From Hydrolagus affinis (lineage: Eukaryota), in the NCBI GenBank assembly GCA_012026655.1, contig JAAILG010000241.1, positions 1 through 64,000 of the forward strand: a stretch of 64,000 bases of DNA, given 5' to 3'. This document shows positions 12,358 to 24,767 of this stretch, piece after piece. The position numbers and the translations under genes are program-made. The stretch's first letter is position 1; each line of letters starts with the position of its first letter. The notes under the pieces are model-generated. The model had not been told where the DNA came from. It was given only the letters and a program-made list of their open reading frames with translations, and did not search any database.

Positions 12358-14645
12358 TGTTAGTGATTATCAGCAAAAAATCAGGATAATTAGAGGTGCT
12401 CACTGAAATCAAATTGAAATTCAATACATATTTAATTAATGTTACATGAAAGTGTTTAGGGTATCCTACAAGGTCTGTAGGAAGCAGTTACAAAAATGCC
12501 CAACTACTCGTATATGGTTGTACTGACAGATAACATTTATCTTGTGTCCAAAATCAATTAAATCTGATGAAAAAATTTGAATCCCTGAGCATTTTTACAA
12601 ATAATTTTTTTCAAGCTAATTACAATAGAGAAATTAATGATACTGGATATTAGACATCACATTCACACCAATCAATGGTGAACAAGGAGATAATAAACAC
12701 CCTAAAATCAGTAAACCTAATAACCTTGACAGTCAAACTCTTCCTGTCATCTTGCTTGCTAATGACATAGGCCTTACTGAAGAGTAAAATTCAAGAGAGC
12801 TTGTTTTGCATTATCCCGGTTCATTCCTCTTATACACACTTTATTGAAATGTGTGTGAGAGATTGGACAACATACAAATTTTAAACCTTTGCGACCCCAA
12901 TCACACCTACCATTTTGACTAAGCACTAGTTAGTATTAGAGGATATGGGGTTGGTTGTACATTATGCAAGGCTAGGAATGAAAAATGTGTTTGTCAACAC
13001 AAAGGACCACAGTAGTTTGCTACTGAGCTTTTATGACAATATTGTCACCAATTTCGCCGCCATCAATCTTATATGAATGTCACAGGCTGTAGGGGTTGTA
13101 GTAGTGGTTGTTGGGTTGTGACACTGGAAAAGCATCAAGAATTTGGTGTCAACATACATCACAATTTTCCAACAGAACCGATCAACAATAGTATTTGGCG
13201 CCAGACAGTGTCTCAATAACCAAATAGAAGGTCATCAATCTAGCTACAGGGCCTAGAATTTATTATTGATTATCCATTAGCTGACCCTTTGAATCCCGAT
13301 CAAGATACTATACTTGTAATTGTCTATTTTAATTTACAGTCTTAGGCGATTATGCCATGTCCAAAAGAGTTTTGCTTACTTTAGCAGGCAGGAGAACGGT
13401 TTCAAATAGAGGAGCAGAAAACATATCCGTAACTCCATAACCACCCTCTGCCAGCAACCAATGTCCATGCCTTGCTTTATCAGTTGTTCATGATTATTAC
13501 TGGTTCTAGCCATTACTCTTTGGACCTTGTTGCTTAAAGATGTTGGAACTATCTATGTTGGTATACAATACATACAAAGGCTATAATGTCCTAACATTCC
13601 TAGGTTTTTTTTTAAATCCACCATGTTCAGACAGACCGAGTTCACTGCATTTTCCCACAGTGTTTATAAACTGTAATATTAGCCCACACTTTTGGTTGAG
13701 TTACTGCCTTGCATTGCCCTCCAGTGAGCTGCTGCACCTGTCACCGAGTTTGTGTCTCCTTGGTGTACGTTTTTAGAGGTTGTTTGCGTGGTGAAGGAAC
13801 TCTTTGGAGAAGCCTGGTTACTGTTTGCACGAACAAGATAACTAGATGATGTTTATCTTGTGCAGATCGATAGCAGTTTGTTTCAGACATGTTGACTTAA
13901 GCTAAAACCCATATGGTGACACAGGCCATTGCACAACATTCGCTACAAGGCACTGCACTGGCTACCAGTGAAGTTTCTCAACCCCACACTCCTGTCTGTC
14001 TGCTGTTCAACTTAAATACAACCAAGGAACGGCATTATAGGGTTGTCTTTGTGGTTCACATTCCCGCTTTTTTCTTAACAAAAAACGAAGCTATTAACCC
14101 ATTGAAAATATTTCCCTGTCAAATGCACTCCTTTTCCTTTTCCCTTGAAACCTTCACGCAACACGTTGCAATCTGTTAGAAGAGTTCACTTTCTTTTCCT
14201 GCTCACGGATTTACTATTAATAATCCACATTACTATTGCAATGGCCTGATCTTGCCACCTCAGCCCCCAACTCCCCCACCCCCACCACCCCTCACTTCAA
14301 GATGTTTCAGTTAAGAGTCGTTTTTCTCCACCTGGTCACACTCACTCCTCAAAACCAATTCTCTCAGCATATTGGGAGTCAACCAACCACACGAGGAGGA
14401 CAGACAGAGACAGACAGACAGATGGATGGACTGACTGATTTGCTCGGTGGTCAGTCAGTTTATTCAGCTTAAACGCATTAATGGATGACTTTAATTACAG
14501 TCAGCAAAAATAAAACACCAAATTGAAATGAAATAGAAAGTTTTTAAAAAAAACAAGCAGCTCTCCCCCACCCTCACTCTCCTCTCACCCCTACACCCCA
14601 ACCCCCCCCCACCCCACTCCTCTTCTCACCCACCACCCCACTTAC

Positions 14646-14700
14646 CTGAGCAATTTCAGAGATCACCACCTGGAAAAAAGTCTTCCTTGATTATGGTGGA
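14646..14700 (-). other. A1CF: A1CF non-coding first exon (5' boundary/TSS approximate)
   Basis: Strong donor CAG|GTAAGT at 14645; ATAATCAAGGAAGAC..GATCTCTGAAATTGCTCAG resembles my recollection of the mammalian A1CF mRNA 5' end. Confidence 0.75.
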
Positions 14701-14739
14701 TTGGCGACGTGTCACCAGTGTTATTCTGTAATCATCGTA

Positions 14740-14845
14740 TCAAACATCCAAAGGTTCAGCTCAAGGGGCTGGTTAACAATCGGCTCGGGTTAAACTTTAA
14801 CTTGTCTATCTCCCTCCAGCACTGGGCAACTCTTTGCTCAGCCCC
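14740..14845 (-). promoter_or_regulatory. Putative A1CF proximal promoter with HNF1-like palindrome and HNF4/nuclear-receptor-like sites
   Basis: GTTAAACTTTAAC perfect palindrome at 14789-14801; CCAAAGGTTCA at 14748-14758; immediately upstream of the non-coding exon. Confidence 0.5.
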
Positions 14846-14931
14846 ATGAGCAGTCAGTCAGTGAGTGAGTGAGTGAGCAAAGCCAGCGAGGGCTTACTTC
14901 CCAGCCAAACTCTGATCAAACTCTGAAGGAC

Positions 14932-14973
14932 ACTACAACTACAACTACTATAGCAGCAGCAGCAGCAGCAGCA
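14932..14973. repeat. (ACT/ACA)n followed by (GCA)7 trinucleotide repeat
   Basis: Directly visible. Confidence 0.9.
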
Positions 14974-15886
14974 ATAATGGTCATGTTTCACTCCGAGCCT
15001 GGTGGGTTGTTGTGTTTTTGTCCACCTTTTCATTCCTGTAACTCTGGCCTGTGGGAAATACTGTACTGACCAAATAAAAAAAAGAGCTGAGGCTTTGAGG
15101 GGGTGGGGTGGGGGGAGTTTCCATGGCACCTGCAGGAGTAACACGTCACCTTGCAGCACCTCCATCAGGTTTACCTGAGCAGGAAGAAACCACATTCAGA
15201 ATACCTCCTCGCTGTTGGCTTTTTAAAAAAAAAAATTATATTAACAAAAAATGGGCGGACATGAAACCTCAGGTCAGAATGATTTCTGCAGCCCACCCCA
15301 CCCAAAGGCGGATCTAGGAGAAGGCCACGTGTAAATGTGAAAGGCAGCAAAGCATATTACCTGGCAGGCTGTGTGTGAACTATCTGTCTGTCTGTGTGTG
15401 TATGTGTGTGTGTGTATAATGAGATCCCTCGCCTCTGGTTTAATAAAGTCCTCGATATTTTTTTTTCTGAATTGCAATCTGCTCTTTCATTGAAAATAAA
15501 CTATTTCGAATTGAATACAAATGATTTCAGATTTTTCACCCACCCAGACCAAAATATGTATCGGTGGTTTTTTTTCTACTGTTGTGAGTTGTTGTATTTT
15601 TGTGTGTTCCTTAATTTCTAGGCTCTTGATATTCTCTGTTTCTCTCTCCGCTCCCAAGTTTAACTTTTTCCTTTCTGGGATCCTTGGGAATCGCAAGTAT
15701 GGGATTAGCTGCAGATCATCATTTGGGAGAAGGGTTTGTCACAGGGACTCTGAGCTTTCAAGATAATTATAGCCACGCACCCTCCCTCTTCTTTGCTAAA
15801 TTGCTCTGCGTGAAACTTCATATTGACCTCTTTATTAATTAATTGGCGAATGGCACTGACTGTGTGTTATATTTGGTGGTATTTGT

Positions 15887-16178
15887 GGAGTCCTGTAGTT
15901 CGGTGGTTAGAGCACTCGCCTTGCAAGCAAGAGACCTGGGTTTGATTCCTGTCAGGGCGAAACCTTGGGCAAGTTTCCATACTCCACATGCCTAATAATA
16001 ATCCCTCAAAAAAATAATAATTTGGTCACTCCAACCACGACTGTTTGTGGGGCACTACAATGTGCAATTGGCTGCTGCTTTTCACCCACAAATCAATTCA
16101 CTTTACAGTATATTCTGTGAAGTGCTTTGGGACATCTAGAAGATGTGAATAGCGCTATATCAAAATATGCAGGATTAT
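15887..16178 (+). mobile_element. tRNA-derived SINE with L2-type 3' tail
   Basis: A-box GTAGTTCGGTGG, anticodon-like CTTGCAA, B-box-like GGTTTGATTCC, body CTGTTTGTGGG..CAATTGGCTGC, tail GTGAAGTGCTTTGGGAC..GCGCTATATC; about 10 copies in the window. Confidence 0.92.
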
Positions 16179-19100
16179 ACACCAGTAATTTCATGGCTTA
16201 CTATAAAACAGCAACACTATAAATTGCTATTTTGGAAGTACAATTGGACGAACGATATGTCAGTCAGTAGTTAAGGCGTTAGTTAGTTAAGTAGTTAAGT
16301 AGTTATTAGAATCTTCCATGTTGAGGTTAACCCAACGAAGGAGGTAGATTACCTGTTTATATATAATCCACTTGTTCTTGAACAATATTAAATAATTCAA
16401 GTAAGTAATTTGCTCCAGCTAACCTTTGATATTTACATTTGTATCAATTGGTATTTATAGAAATCTATCATTCAATCTAAATGCTTTACATTATTCATTT
16501 CCATCTTCAATGTGAAAAGAATATACAGTAGTCCAAGGTTTATGGACTACCTTGGAGCTTTATGTTGTGACTGGTGGGTAAGAAGCCATCATACTTTTAT
16601 AATCTTTTATCCCTTCCCTAAAAGTGAAGGGATTTATCCCTTCCCTAAAAGTGTCCTAAACCCATTGTTCACGTATGTGATAGATTCTCATAGAAACCTA
16701 GACATTAGGAACAAGCTGTTGCATCCATCGGGACTATATTGGTTCTAGTTCATCCAATCGAACTAATTCCTCTAAATACACTACAAAATGAATCAAACCT
16801 TAGTAATGCATTGATTGCTAATCGTAATAATAATACTTGGATGTAGCATGTTATCATGTCACTAAGACTGCTCAAAGCACTTCACAGGATATACTATAAA
16901 ATGGTGTGATTGTGTGTGTTTTGTGCGAGAACATGTAGTGATCAAAATTGTTTCGGTGAAGAAATACAAATATTGTTATCCAATGTTGATGTTTGTTTCC
17001 AGTAGGTAACAAACATTATGAGTTACATTATGGATCATTTGATGAGCACTGTATGTTGTTCTGAATGGCCATCTCAAAGAATTGCTGTATTTTTGTTGTG
17101 AAAACAATTAACATTTTTTCCATCTTCCACATGAATGCACTGCGAGCAATACTCAGAGGACAAAGAGTGATTAAAACTTTCAATCCCTGTAAATGGAATT
17201 GGTAATGTCAAATGACTTTATAATTCAGCTTTTTTAATTTGTATTGTACAAAGCAAACCATTATGAACAGATGGTATTTAATGCAGGCTTTGGATTTCAC
17301 AAACTTAAATTGTTACATATACAACACAAAGGATGCTGCTACTTCTTCAGCAATATTTGTAAAGAAAATGAATAGATATCGATGAACAGAATCTAATAAT
17401 ATCTTAACTCTCTCTTTCTCCCTTTGAATAGTGACAAAATAGAAACCCTCTTTTTATTCAAGCACATTTAGTTTTCAATCATTGTGTAGTTCTGAGTTGT
17501 TCTGACTTAACTCCATGTTTTAGATCATTTGTTCATTTCTCTGCATATGTTTGAAACATTTGAAATTTAAATTCCTACATTTTTTAGAGCTATTGTGGCA
17601 GTGTTACTTACAAATGCATCTTTGGTTAAATGTGCTTGTTTATCTCAGTAAAATGTGTTGTATATTGTACTTTATCATAATTTTAGTCATTATAGCTGGA
17701 ACACTAAGCCACAATTCATTTACATTGGTCAAAGGCCTCTGTGTTAGGCTAGTAATATACCGGTAATGCATTTGAATAATTTGAACTAACTTCTTATTAT
17801 CATTATTGACTAACTCTAATACTGCTGCAAGCCACTATGTGGTCTTGGAAATCTGTTACCCAGGGATACCTATTGCTGTTGTGTGTTCAAAGTGCAATGT
17901 GCGGATACAGATATATAAACTGAAATGTTTGTAATTATTAGAATTTGGAAATTTGCAAGTGAAGCCAGTGGAGCAGTCTTTTTAAAATCAATTCAAGTCT
18001 TTTATAAAATTCAAGCATTGCCAAGCTCTTTTGTATCATGACCACTTTTCATTACACTGTGGAAAAAAGGTGTTTTTAATACAGTACTTGGTTATTTTCC
18101 GTTCCTCAACCAAAATACTTTCTTTTTTTCCATAATTTCCTCTTTTCTCGTTTGGAGAGGATAGGCCCGAAAATTTTAATGTTTCAGAGTTATTGGATGA
18201 AGTTTTGATAGATGTATCAAAGGAATCCTCTGGGAAGTTGGAGAGGTGGCTAGGCTAAATAAATCAGTGGTCTCCTGTCTGAAACTCTGCTAACTCTGTT
18301 ACTTTTCTTCCTCATGAACAGGGTTGCCTGATTAGCAAATCATCTGAAATCCAAGGTCAGGTACTAAACCTTCCCATGAACTAGAGCAATTACCTGCTGT
18401 GCAATTTAAAATCCGATCTCTATCTTTATTGAAGATAATTACTGCATTTCTATGGCAAATCCATTTGAAAAGTGTGCTCCTTGATCAAGAGGCTAATGTG
18501 ACTTTTCATATGTATGAAGTACAAAATTTATGAAGTTCATTATTTTCAATCCTGTCAAAATATATTCTTGTAGACTGGTTGTTGAGCTGTGTTACTAGAG
18601 GGACAACAGATATAGGTTTATGAACAGATGTGCTTACTCCTCTGGTCTTCCACACATAAGGTGATAGCAGTATTGTGCTGTACAACATCTATGTTTATGG
18701 TAATCTTGACAGTTAATGTTGATGGAGAGACATTTTTACCTTTAAGTTACAACCCCAGACATTAACCTAAAACTCCATAAATGTTTCTTATGATGTTACA
18801 AAATACATTGTACTGTATAATGAAACAACAAAATTGTGTATTACTGTAGATACCATGAGATGCTAATTGTGTTTTGTTGTAGTTTATTGTGTTAAATATC
18901 TCTACCTTTATGATACACTGCAATAAATCAATAAAAAAAAGTAATAATTCTTGCATCTGACATAGTGCCTTTTCTTTCACATCAATAGGGTGTCTGAAAG
19001 CACATTTTGCGGCAGCCAATTTCTGCACAGCAATGCCCAATAAACAGCCAGGAAGTGAAGAATGATCATTTGTATTTGGGTGATTGTTGGCCATTATAAA

Positions 19101-19759
19101 CTCTTTTTGAACAGTGTTGCAATTTAAGCCAAGCAGACAGGTACAATTTGTTTTATCCTGTTGGATGAATTGAAATCCCATGGGTTTATAGAGCAGCAAA
19201 TGTTGTGGTTAGCACTTTTCTAGGGTTAATCATTGATATCATAATTATCTGAATGCCATTGCTACTGGCTGCTGACCAACGTGTCATCACCACAAAGCTT
19301 TGGTAAATGTAAGATTAATAAACAAATCAAATAGTCCAAAGGCTTTGAAAGACAACCTTGGCATATCTTCTGTGACCACCTCCAATAAATCATTACCTTC
19401 GACCGAGCAAAGAAACATATGAATGTTACTAGTTTTGGAGCTTGAGGAAATCCAAAATGTTTTTCAATTTACAAAAAAAATCTGGAAAACAATTACGCAG
19501 AAAAACATTGGAGTTTAGTTTTGAAGTGCACAAGCTTAATAGTCTCACAGAAGAATTATGCAACATCAAAGCTTCCTGGGATTCGTTTGAAGATATCTGC
19601 CCAGTATTGTGTGACTTTCTTGCAACTCCTGCTGCATTTGGGGTTTTAAAACTGCTGAGTAAACTGAGAAGTGTTGTGCACAACCTCCTTGGAAATGCTC
19701 CAGTAATAGATATCCTGAACTGGAACCGCAGACTGCACAGTGCTTTTATGATAAGGTCT

Positions 19760-20568
19760 TTTATCAACAACTAACGACGTTTCAGCTGATCTCCACCTTC
19801 AGAATACTCTGTTTTCTACCTATAAAGGAAAATGATTGAATGGGTTTTTGGGACACCCAAAAAGTGGTTATGAAAATGGTTAAGACTTTTTAAAATAAAA
19901 CAACAATTGTGCTACTTCAGTTTTGTGATTGTATTTCCTGGAATGGGCAAATAGAGAGCAATATAAAAGAGTAAAGCTGAACTTTCTGTAAGAATAATGC
20001 ATTTTTTGAATAGTTTACCACTGAAAATAGGTACAGTATTACCTTATGGCAGAAATGTCTGAATGCCAGATAATCCTCTTTCTGGGATCTGAATGCAGAA
20101 AAGGGAGTGAACAAGATAGCCAGCTGCTGGAATAGTTATTATTATTTCATCAACATCAATGCAATATCTAGTGGAAAGCCATTCTGTAAATAACATCTGT
20201 GTTTTTACACCAACACAATATTCAGATACAATATATGCCCCCCACCTCAAACCCCCCACCCACCCACCACAAGAACCTAGTTTGATACTCAGCCAAAAAT
20301 TGATGAGTCATGTTCATAAAATGACAGTTTGCACTCTGATCATTACAATCCAAGGTGCAAAGTTGGCAGAGAAGATAGCAAGGTACGGAATTCAATATCT
20401 CTGAAAATGCTTCAAAAGTTATATTCATCAACTTATTAGGTCTCTTGTTTAAAAAAAAACTTTGTATGTCTGCCACACAAACCCATTCAATCATTTTCCT
20501 TTATAGGCAGAAAAAAGAGTGTTCTGAAGGTGGAGATCAGCTGAAATGTCGTTAGTTGTTATTGATAA
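19760..20568. repeat. ~85-bp inverted repeat pair (19760-19846 and 20479-20568) with ~630-bp spacer
   Basis: tttatcaacaactaacgacgtttcagctgatctccaccttcag...gattgaatgggttt matches the reverse complement of the second arm with few mismatches. Confidence 0.9.
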
Positions 20569-20948
20569 ACAGAAACTGGTAGCTTCAGGAGTTGAGCAAT
20601 GAAGAAAAATATAATGAAAGACATGGAGAAAAAGCCGTGTATGGTGTCATAGTTAAAGCCTTCAATCAGGTGAGTTCAATACAATATATCATTACTAGAG
20701 GCCAGTCAGTGGCTGAAGCATTTGAGTTTTATTTGTTATATGTAGCGTCAAACAGTAGAATCTAAAATGTTAGTTAACCTGGCTACTACTAACATGGCGT
20801 GCGGGCATTTGAAGATGGTTAGCCCATTGGTTATTAGCTCAAACTGTATTTTAATAACCCCTATTGTGTTATTAGGTAACGTTTTGACCATTTAAAATCT
20901 ATAGAATTAATAGGCCTGTCTGTATATTTGTACTTTGTGAACACGATA

Positions 20949-21213
20949 CAGTAAAACCTTGCCGACATTCCCTAAAACTCGCAAGATTTCAAGATACATA
21001 CAGTATTCATTTTTTTAAAATGTCGGCAAATTGCCCAAAGTTCATAACAGTTGTTTGTAGTTCCTGGTGTGGCCACTCTGTCATTGTTTGGCTTCAGTGC
21101 TGTGGTGTCCCAGGTAGAGCTTCTCCAGCCATTTCTGAGCAGGTTTCTAAATACTGGCAAACTCCGAAATCATGGAGTGGGCCCAACCGAGCCATATTTT
21201 TGAGGTTTTACTG
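20949..21213. mobile_element. Tc1/mariner-pogo (Tigger-like) MITE, 265 bp
   Basis: TIRs CAGTAAAACCT (20949-20959) / AGGTTTTACTG (21203-21213), flanked by TA on both sides; internal inverted repeat ttgccgacatt/aatgtcggcaa. Confidence 0.85.
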
Positions 21214-22949
21214 TACTATGTGTACAAAGAAAAGATTTCAGCTAAATTATTTGTGCAGTTCGGTGCTTTCAATAAATTTGCAGGATTATTACACTAATTA
21301 GATATGCATTTCTGTATTTTTTTTGGGGGGTGAAGTTTTGCTCATTGAGATTTTGTTTTTAAATTAATGAACAAGTTTATTAGAGCAATGATTCTTTTTA
21401 AAAGGAATAGCATTAAAAGCACCAAAGGGCAAGTTTCCAGTAGGCTATTTGTGAAGTTTATATTTGCATATGAGTGTAATCATCATAACTTACTTTGTTT
21501 TATTTCCTATTGGTATATACCACTGTACATTTAAACAAAGTTAAATTATATTATTGCTTAAATTATTGCTTATTTAAATTCAGTAGCAACAGCTGGTTTG
21601 AAGAATACACTGTAATGAATAACACTGTAATTCATGGAGAATTCAGTGGTTAGGAATGTGAACTAATGTGTTTCTTTGACAAGAAATGCAAATGGGCTAT
21701 GGGGGAGTGTGTGTAAAAATAACCCTTTGAATGACATATTGTTTAAGCAATATGATGCACAAAATGGTAATTCTAAGTGTGATTTGACAAAGAAATTTAA
21801 ATGGCCATTCATCTCAAAATGAAATACTGTGAATATTTCCACCTGTACAAAATTGAGACCCATCCTTGAGCTAAAATACAATAGAATTAGTGTAAATACA
21901 ATAGAATAATTCTAATCTAAATGCATTGTTTTAAAATATATCTAAATTTGCATTAATCTGTATTCATCTCTATTCCTTCTTTTGCAGATTTGCTTCTGCT
22001 TTCATCCTCTTTCTATTTTTCTTATTTTATTTTTCTTTACACATAAATATTTATATTCTACGACAACAAAAAGCAAACTTTTGCTGTTGGTGGTGATTTT
22101 CCTTCTATTCATTGCGCGTGGCAATGTCCTACAAACAGACATGAGGTGAATGGCCAATTTATCTGGGGGAGATTAGGAGAAACTTCCTTGACTTTTTCTA
22201 AGTAAAGACGGGAATTTATCTGAAGAGCTTGGGATCTTTAACACCGGCAAGAACAGGCAGTTGATTTAACATCTGACCCAAAGGACAACAATAAGTAAAG
22301 TGAATGGCTCTGTGGGGTTCTGCATTTCAATAATGCAGCACTTTCTCAGAACTGCACGGGAATGGCAGTCTGCACTGAATTCAAGGATAAAGAGCTGAAT
22401 AGTAAGTTTAATCCTAAAAGGTGACTTAGTAAAATAGATAGCTATAGCACAGATATTAATCGCTAAATGGCCTCCTAATGTGCTGAACCTTTTCTGTTTC
22501 TCCACATATCCATAGGTTAGTGTTTGCTGGCACCGCAAATTTTCAAAATAAAATTCTGTGCATCCAGGGGCATCTCATCAGATAAAACGTATATGTTTGT
22601 TGCCTTGTACACTAGTTCAATTTTTCATTTTTTTTAAAGAAACACATTTATTCATTCAATAAAGCTCTGCTTACTCTGCCCAACTATGTAGCTTCAGCTT
22701 AACCTCAGAAAAGCATGACTGTGACAATGTGCATTTTTTCATATAACACAGAAACCAGGATTTTAGTGCCAATTATTCTTAACTCGGTGCATAAATTCTA
22801 ATCAAGAGTTGATCAAGCGATTGAAGGTTTGACTCTAACTCTCATGCTATGAGTTTCAATCTCAGTTTGGCCCAGGATACAGTCTCTCTTGAGTCATACA
22901 TTGTCATTTGTCAGCTGAGTTATTTTATCTGAATAGACAGTTCACATTT

Positions 22950-23060
22950 AATCACTTTACCTGGAGAGCTGTGAATATGTGGAATGGATTTCCCAGGGAG
23001 GATGTGGAGACAGACTATGTCAGCAAGTTCAAGGGGGAATTAGATAGCCTTTAGATGAGT
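22950..23060 (+). mobile_element. Degenerate CR1 LINE 3' fragment
   Basis: gagagctgtgaatatgtggaatgg..gtggagacagac..ttcaagggggaattagatag resembles the end of CR1 ORF2. Confidence 0.6.
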
Positions 23061-23815
23061 AAATTGAAGTCTTTGAGAGGTTGTGTACTTTACATTGACT
23101 TATTTCATTTATTTTAGCTTGGGGCCTGGGAAGGAATACAGAAGTGGGTGGAGACTTGTCATCAGTAAGGAGCAGTTGGGCAAACTGTTTCCATACTGTA
23201 GGTTCTTTGTAACTCTTTAAAATCCGCAGTCCTGTCTTTATTTTTGTCCACCCTTTGTGTTCCTGTTGGTATCAGTGAGGCACGGTAAATTATAGTGTTT
23301 CAGTTTAAGTCATTCATATAACTGAAGCTCAGAGTACCACTGCATTCTATGATACCACATATGCCACATCGTACATCTTGTGCAGTGATGCTTTGGACCT
23401 CAGAGAAGAGTCTGAGTGCTTGATTGTGTGCTGAAGTACAACCTGGCTGCACAAATTGCATCTCTCTATTGCTGCAAGCCAACTGACCTATTTCAAATTA
23501 CACGCTGGTGGATAAGCGTAGAGTGGTTTCAATTCACAACATGACATTGTTACTTACATTGCTTTGGAGCATTGTGTCAGCTCCAGCTGTTAGATTGATT
23601 TAATACAGTATTACTTTACTGTCAGAAAAATTTAGATGAATGACATGAATGATGCTGAAGGCAGAGCAGCGAGATTTACAAAGATGCAGATGCACAAAGA
23701 TTTTCACTTGAATTTATGTTGCTGTGCATATAAATTTAGCACAAATGTAATATTGTTGAATGGATGTACAATGTGGGTGTGCAATGCTATTGAATAATGT
23801 TGCCCACCATTTAGT

Positions 23816-24156
23816 GGAGCTCCTGTGGCTCAGTGGTTAGAGCACTTGTCTTGCAAGCTGGGGAGACCAAGCTGGGGAGACCTGTGTTCGAATCCAGGCA
23901 GGTCAGGGCGAAACCTTAGGCAAGTTTCCTTACTCCACACGCCTAATAATAATCCCTCCAAAAAAACCACAATAATAAAATTGGTCATTTCAATCCACGA
24001 CTGTGTGTGGGATACTGCTGTGCGCAATTGGCTGCCGCGATTCACCCACAAATATATACAGTCAATTCACTTTACAGTATATTCTGTGAAGCACTTTGGG
24101 ACGTTGATAAGATGTGGAAAGCGCTATATCAAATGCAAGGATTATTATTATTATTA
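23816..24156 (+). mobile_element. Full-length tRNA-derived SINE (14-nt tandem duplication CAAGCTGGGGAGAC in head)
   Basis: A box, B box (GTTCGAATCC), body, tail and (ATT)n end. Confidence 0.93.
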
Positions 24157-24437
24157 GTGAAGGAATATGTTTTACAAACGCACAAAATGGTGACAATAGA
24201 ATATACTCTCTAGCCGTTTCAGACTGAAATACTATAGGAAACTTATTTAGATAAAATGCAGACAAAATTTAAATTGGTCACAACCAGAGCAAATTAAACA
24301 TAAAATATTACTTCTTGTTTGGTCAGCCAGGCATCCTGCACAGGCAGGAAACCCATCACCATATTCAAGTATCCAAACCAGACAGAGAGTTCCCACCTAT
24401 ACGTGGAAAATCCCAAGATATTTATTGGAATGAAGTG

Positions 24438-24747
24438 TAATAATAATAAATAATCCTTACATTTGATATGGTGCTTTGCACATCTTCTAGACATCTCAAA
24501 GCGCTTCCCAGAATATACTGTAAAGTGAGTTGACTGTATTTTTTGTGGGCAAAAATGCAGCAGCCAAATGCGCATAGCAGTGTCCCACAAACAGTCATTG
24601 ATTGAAATGACCAATTTTGTTATATTTTGTGAGGGATTATTATTAGACATGTGGAGTAAGGAAACTTGCCCAGGGTCTCACCCTGCCTGAAATCGAACCC
24701 AGGTTTCTTAATTGCAAGGCGAGTGCTCTACTGAGCTCCAGGGCTCC
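24438..24747 (-). mobile_element. Full-length tRNA-derived SINE, inverted relative to the 23816 copy
   Basis: Reverse complement of the same family consensus. Confidence 0.92.
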
Positions 24748-24767
24748 AGGTGTACCACTTATACTAC

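Noticed and set aside
15887-15960. tRNA-Ala(TGC)-like sequences here and at 23816, 45266, 53945, 60492 and 62419
   Set aside because: They are SINE heads: each continues into the same body, lacks a proper acceptor stem, and the anticodons vary.
16606-16653. 21-nt direct repeat tttatcccttccctaaaagtg x2
   Set aside because: Only two units; a simple local duplication, not an array.
18762-19199. 145-aa minus-strand ORF
   Set aside because: Non-ATG start, overlaps a degenerate SINE core (gcagccaatttctgcacagcaatgccc), no family signal.
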